Shown: piece after piece, positions 63,077-64,000 of the stretch
How positions within the stretch are numbered: the stretch's first letter is position 1
Layout: every line of letters starts with the position of its first letter
Assembly: GCA_004022145.1 (NCBI GenBank)
Contig: RCNU01000021.1
DNA length: 64,000 bases
Strand: one strand, 5' to 3'
From: Paecilomyces variotii
Taxonomy: Eukaryota
Notes under the pieces: generated by a model
Databases searched by the model: none
Seen by the model: only the letters and a program-made list of their open reading frames with translations
Told to the model about the DNA's origin: nothing
Program-made: the position numbers and the translations under genes

Positions 63077-64000
63077 TCACGCAATCTGCGTAACGGAAGG
63101 ACCGTCCTTCTCGGCAGGGAGCTCATTGACCTCTGCCCTAGGCTCACTTTCGACGTCCGTCCCATGCTCTATCCTGCGGACGTTCTGGTACTGGACCTTG
63201 GTCTTCCACGGCTTCACACCCTTCTCGAACAAGCCCTCGACTTCCTCGAGGGTCTTACCTGCAGTCTCGGGGAACAGGAAGAAGACGTGGATCGTCATGG
63301 CGGCACAGAATACTCCGAACAGGATATAGGTCTTCCACTTGATGTTCTCGAAGGCAGGAGGCACAAAGTAAGATAGAGCAAAGTTGAAAATCCAGTTAGA
63401 CGAGGTCGACACCGCAACCGCCTTTCCGCGCAGACGAAGAGGGAACAGCTCGGGGGGATAGATCCACGAGACGGGACCCCATGTAGGAGCGTAGGAGGCC
63501 ACGAAGAGATAGGTGCACGCGATGATCCCCTTGGCAGCCGACTTGGCTTGCGACATATCCCAAGATTCTTCCGGGGTGTTGTCAACACCACCAGGAGGAG
63601 CTGGCTTGCCGTAGCTGGCCATCAAGCCTGCGTTGGCAAACATGAATATCATCATAAGGGTGGAACCGACCAGGAGAGGGGTGCGGCGACCCCAGCGGTC
63701 GATGAAGATCAGAGCAAAGATGGTCATCACAACATTGATGACATACTGGATCGAAGATGCCACCAGATTGGCATTACCAGAAAGTCCCGCCATGCCAAAG
63801 ACGTAGGTAATATAAAGCATCATCACATTCATGCCAGTTAATTGAGACCAGATTTGTGTGAACATACCGATATGAGTCCGGTTGATCATGTTGGGCTTGA
63901 ACAGCTCGATAAAGCTGGCGTCGGCGTTCTGGCGTTCGAAGTCGGCCATCTCCCGGATTTCCCGCAGCTCGGTCTGGACGAAAGGAGCGGATCGGTCACC
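63077..64000 (-). CDS. MFS sugar porter, HGT1-like high-affinity glucose transporter (5' part outside window)
   Basis: TQIWSQLTGMNVMMLYI, IDRWGRR, TWGPVSWIYPPELFP and FPETAGKTLEE motifs. Confidence 0.9.
   Translation of the reverse strand, partial: GDRSAPFVQTELREIREMADFERQNADASFIELFKPNMINRTHIGMFTQIWSQLTGMNVMMLYITYVFGMAGLSGNANLVASSIQYVINVVMTIFALIFIDRWGRRTPLLVGSTLMMIFMFANAGLMASYGKPAPPGGVDNTPEESWDMSQAKSAAKGIIACTYLFVASYAPTWGPVSWIYPPELFPLRLRGKAVAVSTSSNWIFNFALSYFVPPAFENIKWKTYILFGVFCAAMTIHVFFLFPETAGKTLEEVEGLFEKGVKPWKTKVQYQNVRRIEHGTDVESEPRAEVNELPAEKDGPSVTQIA

Noticed and set aside
1..64000. tRNA genes, snRNAs, TPP riboswitch, CRISPR arrays, stop-codon readthrough (TGA CTA) signals
   Set aside because: Scanned by eye and found no convincing match. 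tRNAscan-SE/Infernal would be needed to exclude them formally.

Overview
This is a gene-dense nuclear region of a filamentous ascomycete, Eurotiales-like, judged from short GT-AG introns with CTRAY branch points, a dispersed 5S rRNA gene and recognisable aldA, gel2 and pyrABCN orthologues. I read 20 protein-coding genes and reconstructed the intron boundaries by hand. In order: alpha/beta hydrolase, DHA1/HOL1-like MFS, M19 dipeptidase, TYW1, an SMP/LEA-like small protein, SIT4, UPF3, aldA, MRE11, an F-box/UIM protein, gel2, TOM20, EXO84, a ModF-like ABC ATPase, a malonyl-CoA-synthetase-like ligase, a Zn2Cys6 factor, an ACS-family MFS, an unknown membrane protein, URA2/pyrABCN and a partial HGT1-like sugar transporter. 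Other elements are a TA-flanked fold-back MITE (6009-6599), a Tc1 transposase remnant, an enoyl-reductase pseudogene and a 5S rRNA gene. The best candidate for an undescribed system is the ligase + Zn2Cys6 + carboxylate-transporter trio at 43.6-49.9 kb, possibly a malonate/dicarboxylate utilisation module. That reading is an inference and has not been demonstrated. Family assignments rest on motifs I recognise from memory; no database searches were run.
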